The notes under the pieces are model-generated. The model was not told where the DNA came from. It saw nothing but the letters and a program-made list of their open reading frames with translations, and did no database searches. The translations under genes were made by a program, and so were the position numbers. Of a stretch of DNA of 64,000 nt, positions 13,317 to 25,187 are shown piece by piece; positions within the stretch are counted from its first letter, which is position 1; each line of letters starts with the position of its first letter. Origin of the DNA: Styela clava (taxonomy: Eukaryota); contig NC_135263.1 in NCBI RefSeq assembly GCF_964204865.1, positions 9,424,001 to 9,488,000 of the forward strand, written 5' to 3'.

Positions 13317-14257
13317 CAGGGTGGTCCAAGATTGCGAGGTTGTCGGGCCGCAAAAACTTTTGAGGATGCCTCGCGGGCCGCAGTCGGAGAAAACCCTAAA
13401 GTGATCGAAACATCGGGAGTTTGCTTACTTTGAATATATTTGAAAATGAGAGTTTATCGTTCTAATCAGATTTTTAAGGAAGATAAATAACGCCTTTTGT
13501 TATTTTAAAATTGCTTCCCGAGAAATTCCGTGGTATTTTCGATATCTTTTCTCATCTTTGGTTTTGTAATGTCTTAAAATTAAATTCTTATGTGACAGAT
13601 AATACATGAAAACACACCAGACAATGTGGTTTACGTTGTTGTGGGCAAGGGAATACGTTTCCTCCCAGTTTACCTCGATCACCTTTTTTACACTCATTGT
13701 ATGATAAATTGTTATATTTGACTAATTTTATGACTTGAAATGGCCAGGTGCTATTGTCAAAGAACGACCAAGTCCGTCTAAGTTGGGACTCCGGAACCAG
13801 CCTAAAAAATTGGTTAGTACGGCGCCAGGTCAGCTCTGTGGATCGTCACTGCTGTCATATGGCCAACGCTTGAAAATAGAGGAGTGTTTTTACTAAATTG
13901 AAGACACTAAACGTCTCTCCAAATGAGGAGTTACTTGATGCGAGCTTAAGGTACGAAGTTCAGATAAAAAGCGCTACTCGTCTCATCGGCTTGGTCCTGT
14001 CTGTACAAGACAATTCATTCTCCTTGTATACCGATCACTGGACGTCTTTCCCATATTGGCACCGTCTTGCCGTTTATAGATACAACGTTGAAATCTCATG
14101 ATTTTAACAAACATCAGTCCCGACATGGGGATTAGGAAAAAGGCTATTCCCGGTTAGAATAGTTTAAAAATAATTTCTACTAATGGTTTAAACATTGATG
14201 CACGCTAAAATTGTTCTGCGGGCCTCACGAAATGTGTCCGCGGTTTGGACCACGCTG
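13317..14257. mobile_element. hAT (Charlie-like) non-autonomous element
   Basis: Termini CAGGGTGGTCCAA / TTGGACCACGCTG. Subterminal GCGGGCCGCA motifs are shared with the 26674 element. Degenerate TSD GCTTAT(A)G. Confidence 0.75.
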
Positions 14258-14905
14258 GCTTATAGTATTCAATTTTATTTAAGCTCCGACTCCTATTAAA
14301 AAACTGACATAAGATAATCATAGCCTATATAGTATCAGGGGTGACCAACACGTCGATCGCGATCGATCGCCACCTCTCGAGCAGTCGATCGCGTCTGGTG
14401 TGAATTTTATTAAAATACCCCCAAAAATTGCCTCCATATAGTTGTGTGTTTTGCAACTGGGAGCATACAGTACTTTACATGCAAAATACAATATACACAT
14501 ACCGTATTTGAGTTTGGGCAAGCCCGATAAAGCATATTATCACGCAATAAATGCAAGTTCTTCCGCTGCCAAGTTTTAAAAATGAAGTGCCGAATATCGC
14601 GTGTCTAGACCAGGGTTATATTGGCTTTTTAACGCCAAATTTCAGAATTTCGGCTTTTTCTGAAACACATTTGGCGTCGGAATTTCTGTTTGGCTTATTC
14701 TTGGCTTTTTTGATGTTCATTCTACTGTCTATTATTAAAATTATTTAAAATACAATACCGGTATTTGTTGTGCAGCAATAGCAAACTCAGCTACTCAACA
14801 TTTAGATTTTCTCCTCACCACAATCAATCAAAATGAAGCCAACAATGACATGTGCTATCGATTAGGTTGGACTATGAGGAAGTCTGACCTTGGTCAGACG
14901 AAACG

Positions 14906-15548
14906 TGTTAGATTTGACCTCGCACGCCTCACACTTTTGTCCATTTATATTTCTCTATTATATTAACTATCCCAGACGAATTATTTTCTATCTTTATTAT
15001 CTTGATTTTCTGTTGACGGTGACTCATTATTGCGCCATAGTGAAGAAATAGGGAGTGAAACTTTCCCCGGGTTTTGAGATACCGGTAACGCTTTCTGACT
15101 CTTTGTTCTATACGGCACTGTGGGATTGCAAAAGTGTCGTTTAGTATTGAGATTTGTCTTGGATATAGTTTACATTAGGAGTGCGGGTTTCGTGAAATCT
15201 GTTATATTAATTTAGCTCAGTAAGGTCCTATTTATTATTGGTTATTATTGCTTGTCATTGTGAATGTTATTTTGTCATTCTTTCATTGGTTGTTTATAGT
15301 GCATCCGTGTCGTTATAAATTAGTTTTATCGTTGGTCTTCAAGTTTCTGTGCTGTAGCAACATTTTACTCATATGTGGAGATTGATGAATACAGTTCGTT
15401 TTCTAAGGATCTCGTTGCCTCTTTACTTTGGTTGTGCAGTTACTAGAAGCTGGGAGATTGCGCATAATTCTTCAAGGCGGGTGCGGGTGCAAATAGGACT
15501 CCACTACAACAACGTTGAGTGGATTGGAATTCACGTTCCAACTTTACA
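14906..15548 (+). repeat. 5' LTR (643 bp)
   Basis: Direct repeat of 24550-25187. By eye the differences are one substitution, one 1-bp indel and one 6-bp indel. Confidence 0.96.
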
Positions 15549-15879
15549 TTGAAATAAAACTAATATTCGATTGACCTACTTTGAAGAACATCTGACTACT
15601 ATTCTCAACAATGGCTTCAAATGTTTCTAAAGATATTGTTGATGAATCGTCTGGTGACATCACCATTCCTGCAGTTCAAGCTCGACAATTTTCATTGGGT
15701 CAAACAACAAAGGATGATCATCTACGTCAAGCAAATGACCATTATGGACAAACTTTTACGGATTTGAATAACATTTTTGCACAACTTATTCTGGATAAGC
15801 AAAATCAACAAAGTGTTACTTTACATTATCAGAAAGTATGCGATCATCTGAACAGTTGGAAAATTTATTTGGAGAATTA

Positions 15880-16712
15880 GGGTGGCTTACCCACTTTGCG
15901 GCCATGACCTATCTGCGACCATCAACTTCATCGATTAAATTAATGCCGAAAAAATTAACGAACCGCGACGATATTTCACACGCGTTATCGTCCACTTATC
16001 CCTCGGAGCTCTGCGAAATTACACTAAAATGCGGCCACAAATAAAAAAGTTACGACCGAAATCCTGACCGAAGAAAAAAAACGGACCATTTTACCATGTC
16101 GCCAACTACCCATTGTTCCCTCAAAGAAGCTTGAAAATTCATACAACTATAAGAGATAAAGAGATGAAACTTGGCAGGTGGGTAGAGTTGTGTTTCTTTT
16201 AACCATCTTTAAAGTTTCGCGTTTCTACCTTTAAAGGAGGGGGAAGTAGGGGGGTGCGCATTTCCAATACGTCAATAAAATCTTTGTCAACTAATTTGCG
16301 ACCACCGTGTTTTTGTCTGTTTGATTGCTGTGATGCGGTGCTTTGTTTATAATTTGAAGAATTTTGTTTGAAATAACCGTGTTCTTAAAATATATGACGG
16401 TCAGAAATGCAATTAGAAGCCCATTTTTTCACGCATGGCTGCGTATGCCCTAGTCTCGACGCAGCAGAAACGATGTTCAAGGCTTGAAATCCGTGATCGC
16501 ACACTGGTCGTTCGGTCGCAAATACGTCTTCAGAGTGTCGTACTTTGGTGGTTTGTATAGCTTTAACCCCTGGTCGTAGAAAGTTAATTCGAAGTTCAGC
16601 GTGTAGAATAAATGCCAATGCACCTACGGTGGAAAAATTAACGTGCTAGAAATATTGTTTTTTGTTTTATAGCGGTTTGAATGAAATCGTCCGCAGACTG
16701 GCTACACCACCC
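15880..16712. mobile_element. Unclassified non-autonomous DNA element (833 bp) with TA target duplication, inserted in BEL gag
   Basis: Imperfect TIRs GGGTGGCTTACCCACTTTGCGG and (reverse complement of right end) GGGTGGTGTAGCCAGTCTGCGG, with TA on both sides. Removing the element plus one TA restores gag ...IYLEN-YILNNGLDQ in frame. Confidence 0.85.
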
Positions 16713-17872
16713 TATATTTTAAATAATGGACTTGATCAACATGTGGCAAAATTACACCTGACTCAGGTTGTGGATAAATTGAAATCATGTGACATGATTT
16801 ATCGCCAATATTTGGACTCCTGTGTTAAAGAAGCCGACATTAGTTACATTTCCAAACGGTCAATATCTCATTTGTCGAAATCTAAATCTTCTTCATCATC
16901 TTATAGAAGACTGGAGAAATCAAGAATGTTAAAACTTGAAGCATTACAAGAAAGAGAACTAGCGGCGCAAAAGCAAAGATTAGCAGAGATGAAAGCAAAG
17001 TTTAAAGAACAACAAGCTCAACTGCTTGATGAACTGTCAAGTGACAGAGACTCTTCTACCTCCAAGTCAATTTTGGATGTTGACACCGTCATTTCAGCAC
17101 AGGATGTCAAATTTAGCCACTCAACTGAAGTGAGTCAGAGACCTAGTTCAGTTCCACTTTTGTCTAACAATAATTTGGAAAATGCAGGTATACGTTCTTA
17201 TTTGAATTCGTCTTTTAATGTTTTACAACCATCGTATTATCCTTTATCTACTGTTAATGCAGTTCAGTCTTCAACCCCATGCAGTGTTGTAGAGTCTAAC
17301 CAATTTTCTAATGCAAATATTTCACAGTTGCCATACAGTGCACCTAATTTTGTTGACAATAATTTTTCTGCCATTATACCTACCCCTGTGATTAGCACAG
17401 CTGTTATTACTGTCCCTGATAGGTTTACGGGGCCGGTGTATTCACAACCTATAATTTCTGTCCCACAGCGGCTCATTGCCCCAGCTGATACTATGTCTTT
17501 TGATTACAATAGGCCAGACATATTTTCTCATGTTAATGTAACTATGCCTGTTGTATCGCAGGCCCATACTAGTGCTTATTTTTCAACATTTTATAGTAGT
17601 TTTCCACAGGCTGGGCCAAATACTATTACCACTGTTAGTAGTTTGCCTCCAGGCCCTGTTTATACAAACTCATCTCGGCAGATAACATCAGTGTTACCTC
17701 CCTTAACAAGACCTGTAGGACCATACTTACCTCATCCTACCATTTCAAATGCCTTGTGCACAAATACTGCCACAATTCCATCTTTCATACCTCCTTATAT
17801 GTCAAGCTCACAATTACCTCACCCTACCGTTATGAGACAACCTTCCTTACCTTCCCCTAACGTTATCCATCA

Positions 17873-19058
17873 TCCAGGGACGGTCGCTGCGCTACCCGCG
17901 AGGGGAAATGTAAGAAAGAGATTTGAGTATAAAGGAGCATATGTTTCATTATGAGTTTGTTGGATGCATCAGGGTCGTTGCGCCGGACGAATGGCGGAAA
18001 TTCGTCCGGCGCGTAGCCCCCAGCCACTTTGGTTCATTAAGTAGTTTAAATAACACGTCATAAACTGATCACTCTTGATGAATGTCGATTTTTATCAATT
18101 TTGAGGTCCGTGATCACTCGACCGTGACGAAATTTTTTAGGCATAAACTTCACTCCAACTACCTTGTACACCCCAAATATGAGACCCCCAACTATTACCG
18201 TTCTCGAGATATGGCAGAAAATCACTGGACCGTGACTGAAGGCTACTAGAAAAAAAATTCCGCTGATACGCGATTGGAATAATTTTTCTGATCATGCCCA
18301 TGCCTTTAGATTATTGATAAGACCTTCCAGAAGCCGGCAAAAGGCCAAAATCACTAGACCGTGACGGAGGCATGGGAGCAAAAAAATTTTCTTAAAAAAG
18401 TATTAAACTAAATTTTCTCAACCTACCTATGTATTTTTTTTTCTCAATATCTCAAATCTTAAGCGCAACATTCCGAACTCACTGGGCCGTTACGGGGAAG
18501 GGGAATCCCCAAAGTTCGGGTGGTAATATATTCTATTAATTAGTCCCTTTGATATTTAGGCATCACTTTGCCCGAAAACCGATTCCAAGTGCTCCTAATC
18601 GCCCAAAAACCATATTACCTAAGTGGGCGTGGCTTTCCACACGTTTTCTCACCACTGAGGGGGCGGTGGCGGTGCCCCCACCCCCAAAAATACTTGGAAA
18701 AATTTCCAATACTCGGGCAAACACTTTCTGGCCCCGGAAACAGAGGCAAACGGCCTCTAAACCCCAAACTCACTCTTGCGTGACTTGACTGACAGCCGAT
18801 TGACCAATAAGCAGCTCCGGGCCACTAAAATCCCGTTTTGGCCCACTTCCTTTGGCCCGATCGCTCCCAAAAATTTTCTGTGTCAGTTTGGTAACTACCC
18901 CCCGCTTCATGCCAAATTTCGTCAGGATCGGCCCGCCAGTTCTCTGGGAAATGGTAATTCAAGTGCTCTCACCTAAGATACTTCGTACCAATGACTTTCG
19001 TGCAACGAATTCTGACTTCAACTTTGCATTCGCACTTTTAGTGCTCTATGTTGCCTGA
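17873..19058. mobile_element. About 1.19-kb non-coding insertion in BEL gag with internal tandem subrepeats (possibly Helentron/HINE-like)
   Basis: Flanked by the direct repeat CCATCA (17867-17872, 19059-19064); excision joins ORFs 16662 and 19048 in frame (PNVIH-QAASKDD). The unit TCACT.GACCGTGAC recurs at about 18114, 18222, 18351, 18478. Terminal hairpin GCACT-TTT-AGTGC. Confidence 0.65.
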
Positions 19059-22000
19059 CCATCAAGCTGCCAGCAAAGATGATTTGTACCTTCTGGGAAG
19101 AAATATTCAACAAGAATTCCGCTTGCCAGCATTGGATAAAGTAGAATTTGCTGGTGATCCATTAGAGTATCATGCATTTATAAAATCTTTCTATAACACA
19201 ATTGGACGTCTCACATCTGATCCTTCTACATTGTTGGCACAATTGTTTGCTCACTGCAAAGGTGAGGCATATGAAGTAATTAAGCACTTGCGAATGGCTG
19301 ATGACCCAGCACAAGCATTTCATGCAGCTAAGGACACTTTAGAATTTCATTTTGGCAATCGATCACTGATCATCAGCACATTTATGAAGCAACTTACTGA
19401 AGGACCGAAAATTCGTGTAAATGACGTCAAAGGACTTTGCAAACTATCATCACAGATGCGTAACTGTTCTATTGTGTTTGACAATTGGAATGCAGGGAAT
19501 TTACTCGATGCCCCAGCATATCTTGTTGCTATCTTTGAACGGTTACCTCCTAATATGCGTACTGACTATGTCATGAATGGCACATGGACTTCATTCACAA
19601 TCCCGTCATTCAATCATTTGCTGAAATTTATTGAGTCTAGAGCTCGTTTGTACAACACATTTTATGGTCGCACTCTGGCAGAATTGGTGACAAAATCATC
19701 TGGTCATAAAGGATACATTAACAAGCGTCCATCGAAGTTTTCTACATTTACCACTTTAAGTACGCCAAAACCGGAACCTAACTTCAAACAAAATTACAAC
19801 AAAACTAATAACTCTGGCAAGAATGGCAAATCTGCTTTGTTTTGCTATCTTTGTAAAGGCGATCACATTCTGATGCGCTGTAACAAATTCCAAGAGAAGA
19901 GCATTTCTAACAGACGACAATTTGTAAAGGACCAGTCTATTTGCTTCAATTGCATGTCATCCAAGAAACATTTTTCTAGCAGTTGTCCTTCAGAGAAGAG
20001 GTGTCTAAAAGAAGGGTGTGGTGGACTTCACCACACTCTGTTACATTTGGAGCAGGTAGCCAAGCAGCCTGCGTTGCATCAGTCGCGTTCTAAGGAACCA
20101 TTACATGCACCTCAAACTGAAACAACCTCTGTGAATTCTATGTCTGTACTCAACACTTTGTGCCCTGTTCGACTCATGGCTGTTGCTGTTGAAATACATT
20201 TACCTGACGCAAGTGATAAGAAGAAAACAATTGCTTTCTTGGATCTAGGATCTCAAAGATCATTTTGCTCTACTCGTCTAGCGAAATCTATTGGCCTTTC
20301 TGGTAAACCAGAGCATTGCATGATCCGCACTACAAATGGTGTTGCTGTTCATACTGGAGAAAGAGTATCATTTCGCCTAAATGGCGTGAATAATACTAAC
20401 ATTGTTGAAGTACACAATGCTTTAACTTTTGACAAAATTCCTGACGTCAGAGATTCATTGCCAAAGCCGGATATAATTGACAAATATCCTCATTTGGATG
20501 GTTTGAAGTTCCCAGATATTGATGGCGATGTTGAACTATTAATTGGGGCAGATACCTTGGGTAATTGTCCATTTACTGATTCCCGAGTCGGACCTCCTGG
20601 TACTCCAGGAGCCTTGCTTACATGTCTTGGATGGTGTCTCTTTGGCAAAGATCCATCAATGAAATCTGATAATAATTCCCTAAATTATATTAACACTTCT
20701 GTGCCTATGATATCTGATGTACAGAATTTACAAAGTGATGTAGCTGTGAATTTTATTTCTACTACTCTTCCATTGCTATCATTTAATGACACTTCATGCG
20801 ATACTTGCATGTCACCTCAAAGTCTTCCAGAAGAAGATCACAATTTGCAGGAGGAAGAAGTTGCATGTGATAATTGCAAAATCATTACCAAGCCGGAAGT
20901 GACAGATTGTCAGAGGACGGAAAGCAGCAAATTGAATGGTTGTGATTTTTTCTTTATTTGTTCCACATTGCATGATGATATCCTGGATGAGAGTGATGTT
21001 AACCGTGAAATTGCTGTCTGTCAAACTTGTGGAAATGATTTTGCTGATATGAATGCAGATCCATTAACAACACAACCTCCTTTGGATGATGAACGAGCTA
21101 CACAAATTATGAATGATACTTTGAAGCGTGTTGACGGACGATTGCAAATTGGTTTATTATGGAAATATGATGATATTAAATTACCGTACAACTATAACAT
21201 GGCTCTCAAACGTCTCATGTCTGTCAAGCGAAGAATGGAGAAGGATGCTGAATTTGCTACAAAGTACATTGAGAAACTGGATGAATATATAAAGAATGGA
21301 TATGCTGAACAGATACCAGAAGATGAATTGGCACCTACAGAGAGAACCTGGTTCATTCCACACCATGCAACAAGACAATCGAAGTTTCGTGTTGTCTTTG
21401 ACAGTTCAGCAGAGTTTGATGGAAAATCACTGAACAAGAATTTACTATCAGGACCTGATTTCAATAACTCATTAGTTGGAGTTCTTCTACGCTTCCGTTT
21501 GAACCCCATTGCTGTGTCGTGTGACATTCGACAGATGTTTCACAGAATATTGGTAAAGCGTGAAGATACACAATCTCTTCGTTTTTTATGGTTTCCTACA
21601 CATGATCTTACAAAACCTGTTTCTCAATTTAGAATGCTATCTCATGCCTTTGGTACTACCTGCTCACCTTCTATTGCAACCTTTGCCCTACGAAAGGTTG
21701 CAGAAGATAATTTATCTAATGCTGATCCGACCGCTGTTCAATGCATTTGCTCTAATTTTTATGTAGATGACGGATTGTTTTCAAAGGATACTGTAGAGGA
21801 GACTTCTACACTAGTTCGACAAACTATTGATTTACTGGCAACAGGAGGTTTTCACTTAACTAAATTTTTAAGCAATGAACCAGAAGTTCTACAATGTGTT
21901 TCTGAGGAAGACAAGGCTCCCGTTGCTCATGCTCTGGAACTAGGCGATGATGCGGTGAGTCGTACTTTAGGATTGAATTGGAATGCAGCCACTGATCAAT

Positions 22001-24549
22001 TTGTTGTTATCGTCAGAATTCAGGAACGTCCTCCTACTCGTCGTGGCATATTATCAATGGTGTCGCAGATATTTGACCCTCTTGGGTATGTTCAACCATT
22101 TGTACTTGCAGCTCGTATCATTCTGCGCAAGATCTTTGTTATGAAGAATTTCAATGGGATGATACAATTACTGGCCCTCTTAGAGACAAATGGGAAGAAT
22201 GGTCATCTAAATTACCTTCATTGAATGGGATATCATTTTGTAGATGCTACAGACCAAAAGGATTTACTCCATCTACTTTTCAGTTACATGTATTTTGTGA
22301 TGCAAGTTCTTTTGCATATGGAACTTGTGCTTATTTGAAAATAATTGACGATACAGGAAACATTCACACTGCATTTGTTAAAGGCTCGTCAAGGGTGGCT
22401 CCAAAGAAAGTTGTAACGATACCACGTCTTGAACTGACTGCAGCGGTTGCTGCTACAGAATTGGCGAGATGCATAAAATTGGAATTGAATGAAGTGATAA
22501 CAGATGTATTTTTCTATACGGATTCAATGAAAGTTCTTCGAATGATAAACAGTCGATCTGAACGTTTCAAAACTTTTGTTGCTAATCGATTGAATACAAT
22601 TCACTTGCTTTCTCAACCTAGACAATGGCATCATGTTGACACTAAGTCTAATCCAGCAGATATTGCCAGTCGTGGACTAATGCCTGACAAGTGCCACAAA
22701 GCTGATTGCTGGTTTAAAGGACCTTCTTTTCTGAGAAGCAAGGAACCATTGAGAAATTCACATATTTCTGAAACAATTGAGGACTCTGAAATATGTTCTG
22801 AAGTGAAAGTTAATTATATTGAGATTTCCTACAAGGACAAGAATTCTACAATACAACAACCTGGACTTATGCTGTTGTTGAAACGTTACTCTAAATTTGA
22901 AAGACTTGTTTCGTCTGTGATATGGCTTCAAAGATTCAAGACTTACATGATTGGGAAATTGCTACATCGTTCTGGTTCTCCAGTTACTGGTTGTTTTACT
23001 GTTGCAGAACGGGAAAATGCAACTATAGATATTGTGAAACTTATACAAGCAGATTCGTTGTCTGCTGAGCTTTGCTATTTTAAAGATATGATGAGTTCGG
23101 GCCCTCCACCTTCTGACAGAAAGAGACTTAAATCGCCATTTGCTAAAGAACTTTTGCAGTGTAATCCATATGTGGCTGATGGCATACTTCGAGTTGGAGG
23201 CAGGCTTCGTCAATCTGAATTACAACCTGATCAAAGGAATCCTGTAATTTTACCCCCATATCACCATGCCACTAGACTTCTGATCGATTATTACCACTGT
23301 GAACATGGACATTGTGGAAGCAATCAAGTACAGGCTTATTTGTTACAAAATATTGGATATTGCATCTTCAGTCAGCGGTGGCAAAAGTTCTTAGAGAATG
23401 CATGCCATGCAAGATTCGATCTGCCAGACCTGGTAAACAATGGATGTCAGATATGCCTGCTGTTAGGCTTTGTACAGGAAATAGACCATTCTTTCACAGC
23501 TTCGTTGATTATTTTGGTCCTATAAAGGTCAAGTTGGGCAGAAGCGAACATAAGCGTTACGGAGTTATATTCACTTGTCTTTCTACTCGAGCAATTCATC
23601 TGGAGGTTGCAGAGAGTTTGGATACCTCTGCATTTTTACAAGCCTTTTTTCGTTTTGTCTCGCGACGTGCAAGACCAGCTCACATGTACTCTGACAATGG
23701 TACGAATTTTATTGCTGGAAGTAAAGCTCTCAAGGATGGAATTACAATTGGAATAAGAAACAAATTGACAATGCTCTTGCACAAAAGGGAATTCAATGGC
23801 ATTTTTCACCACCTCTTGCAAGTCACCAGAATGGAGTTGTTGAAAGATTGATCAGAGAAGTTAAGAAGATTCTGAGGAATATGCTTGATGATAAACCATT
23901 AACCGATTATTCACTTTGGTCTTTTCTGGCTGGAGTGGAATCCATCTTAAATGACAGACCCCTTACCCGAGTAAGTAATGATCCCAGAGACCTCCATGCC
24001 CTGTCACCCAATTCTATTTTACTAAGTAAATTAGATCCTGATCTACCCCCTGCTGTTTTTCTGCGAGCTGATGAGTATAGACAGGGCTATAGACATGTCC
24101 AGCGGTTGTTGGATATGTTTTGGCAGAGATTTACTAGGGAATATTTACCTCTGCTTCAGAAACGCTCAAAGTGGTTTCATCCCTCCCCTAACCTGAAGAC
24201 TGGTAACTTAGTACTTATGTGTGATGACATACTTCCCCGTGGTAGTTGGCCAATGGCTGTTGTGGATGAGGTTTATCCTGGTAGACTAGGCATTGTGCGT
24301 AGGGTGAAGGTACGAACCTCTAAATCTACGTTCATGCGTGATGTTAGGAAGATATGTTCACTTGAACTTGATTAAATGTCTAATTGATGATTATTCATTT
24401 TGTTTCTGTATATTACATTTCACATTTTTCCATACACAATTTCGTATTCATCATTTTCCTATTTGGTTTACTTATATGCTTTGTGTTCGGCTACTTCGAT
24501 CACCTCTTTTATTGAGATAATTATAAGTCTAAATTATCTGGGGCCGGAA

Positions 24550-25187
24550 TGTTAGATTTGACCTCGCACGCCTCACACTTTTGTCCATTTATATTTCTCT
24601 ATTATATTAACAATCCCAGACGAATTATTTTCTATCTTTATTATCTTGATTTTCTGTTGACGGTGACTCATTATTGCGCCATAGTGAAGAAATAGGGAGT
24701 GAAACTTTTCCCCGGGTTTTGAGATAACGCTTTCTGACTCTTTGTTCTATACGGCACTGTGGGATTGCAAAAGTGTCGTTTAGTATTGAGATTTGTCTTG
24801 GATATAGTTTACATTAGGAGTGCGGGTTTCGTGAAATCTGTTATATTAATTTAGCTCAGTAAGGTCCTATTTATTATTGGTTATTATTGCTTGTCATTGT
24901 GAATGTTATTTTGTCATTCTTTCATTGGTTGTTTATAGTGCATCCGTGTCGTTATAAATTAGTTTTATCGTTGGTCTTCAAGTTTCTGTGCTGTAGCAAC
25001 ATTTTACTCATATGTGGAGATTGATGAATACAGTTCGTTTTCTAAGGATCTCGTTGCCTCTTTACTTTGGTTGTGCAGTTACTAGAAGCTGGGAGATTGC
25101 GCATAATTCTTCAAGGCGGGTGCGGGTGCAAATAGGACTCCACTACAACAACGTTGAGTGGATTGGAATTCACGTTCCAACTTTACA
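24550..25187 (+). repeat. 3' LTR (638 bp)
   Basis: TGTTAGATTTGACC...CTTTACA, direct repeat of the 5' LTR. Confidence 0.96.

Larger units (their letters stand above)
15611..24375 (+). pseudogene. BEL/Pao gag-pol polyprotein, broken by two insertions and about 3 frameshifts (near 22130, 23345, 23750)
   Basis: Gag (FAGDPLEYHAF), three zinc knuckles (CYLCKGDH..C, CFNC..H..C, CLKEGCGGLHH), protease LDLGSQRSF, RT FYVDDG, RNase H HVFCDASS...IPRLEL...NPADIASRG, integrase VDYFGP...SDNGTNF, C-terminal W..F..EYLP.LQ.R.KW. Confidence 0.93.
14906..25187 (+). mobile_element. BEL/Pao LTR retrotransposon, full length, disabled
   Basis: TG...CA LTRs at 14906-15548 and 24550-25187; 5-bp TSD AAACG (14901-14905, 25188-25192); PPT GGGGCCGGAA before the 3' LTR; domain order gag-PR-RT-RH-IN. 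Confidence 0.96.

Noticed and set aside
16662-17954. 430-aa Pro/Ser-rich ORF as an independent gene or env
   Set aside because: It is the middle piece of BEL gag; removing the two insertions joins it in frame to ORFs 15611 and 19048.
18100-18500. Regularly spaced short repeats as a possible CRISPR array
   Set aside because: Eukaryotic context, degenerate repeats, 110-130-bp period and no cas genes; they are internal repeats of an inserted element.
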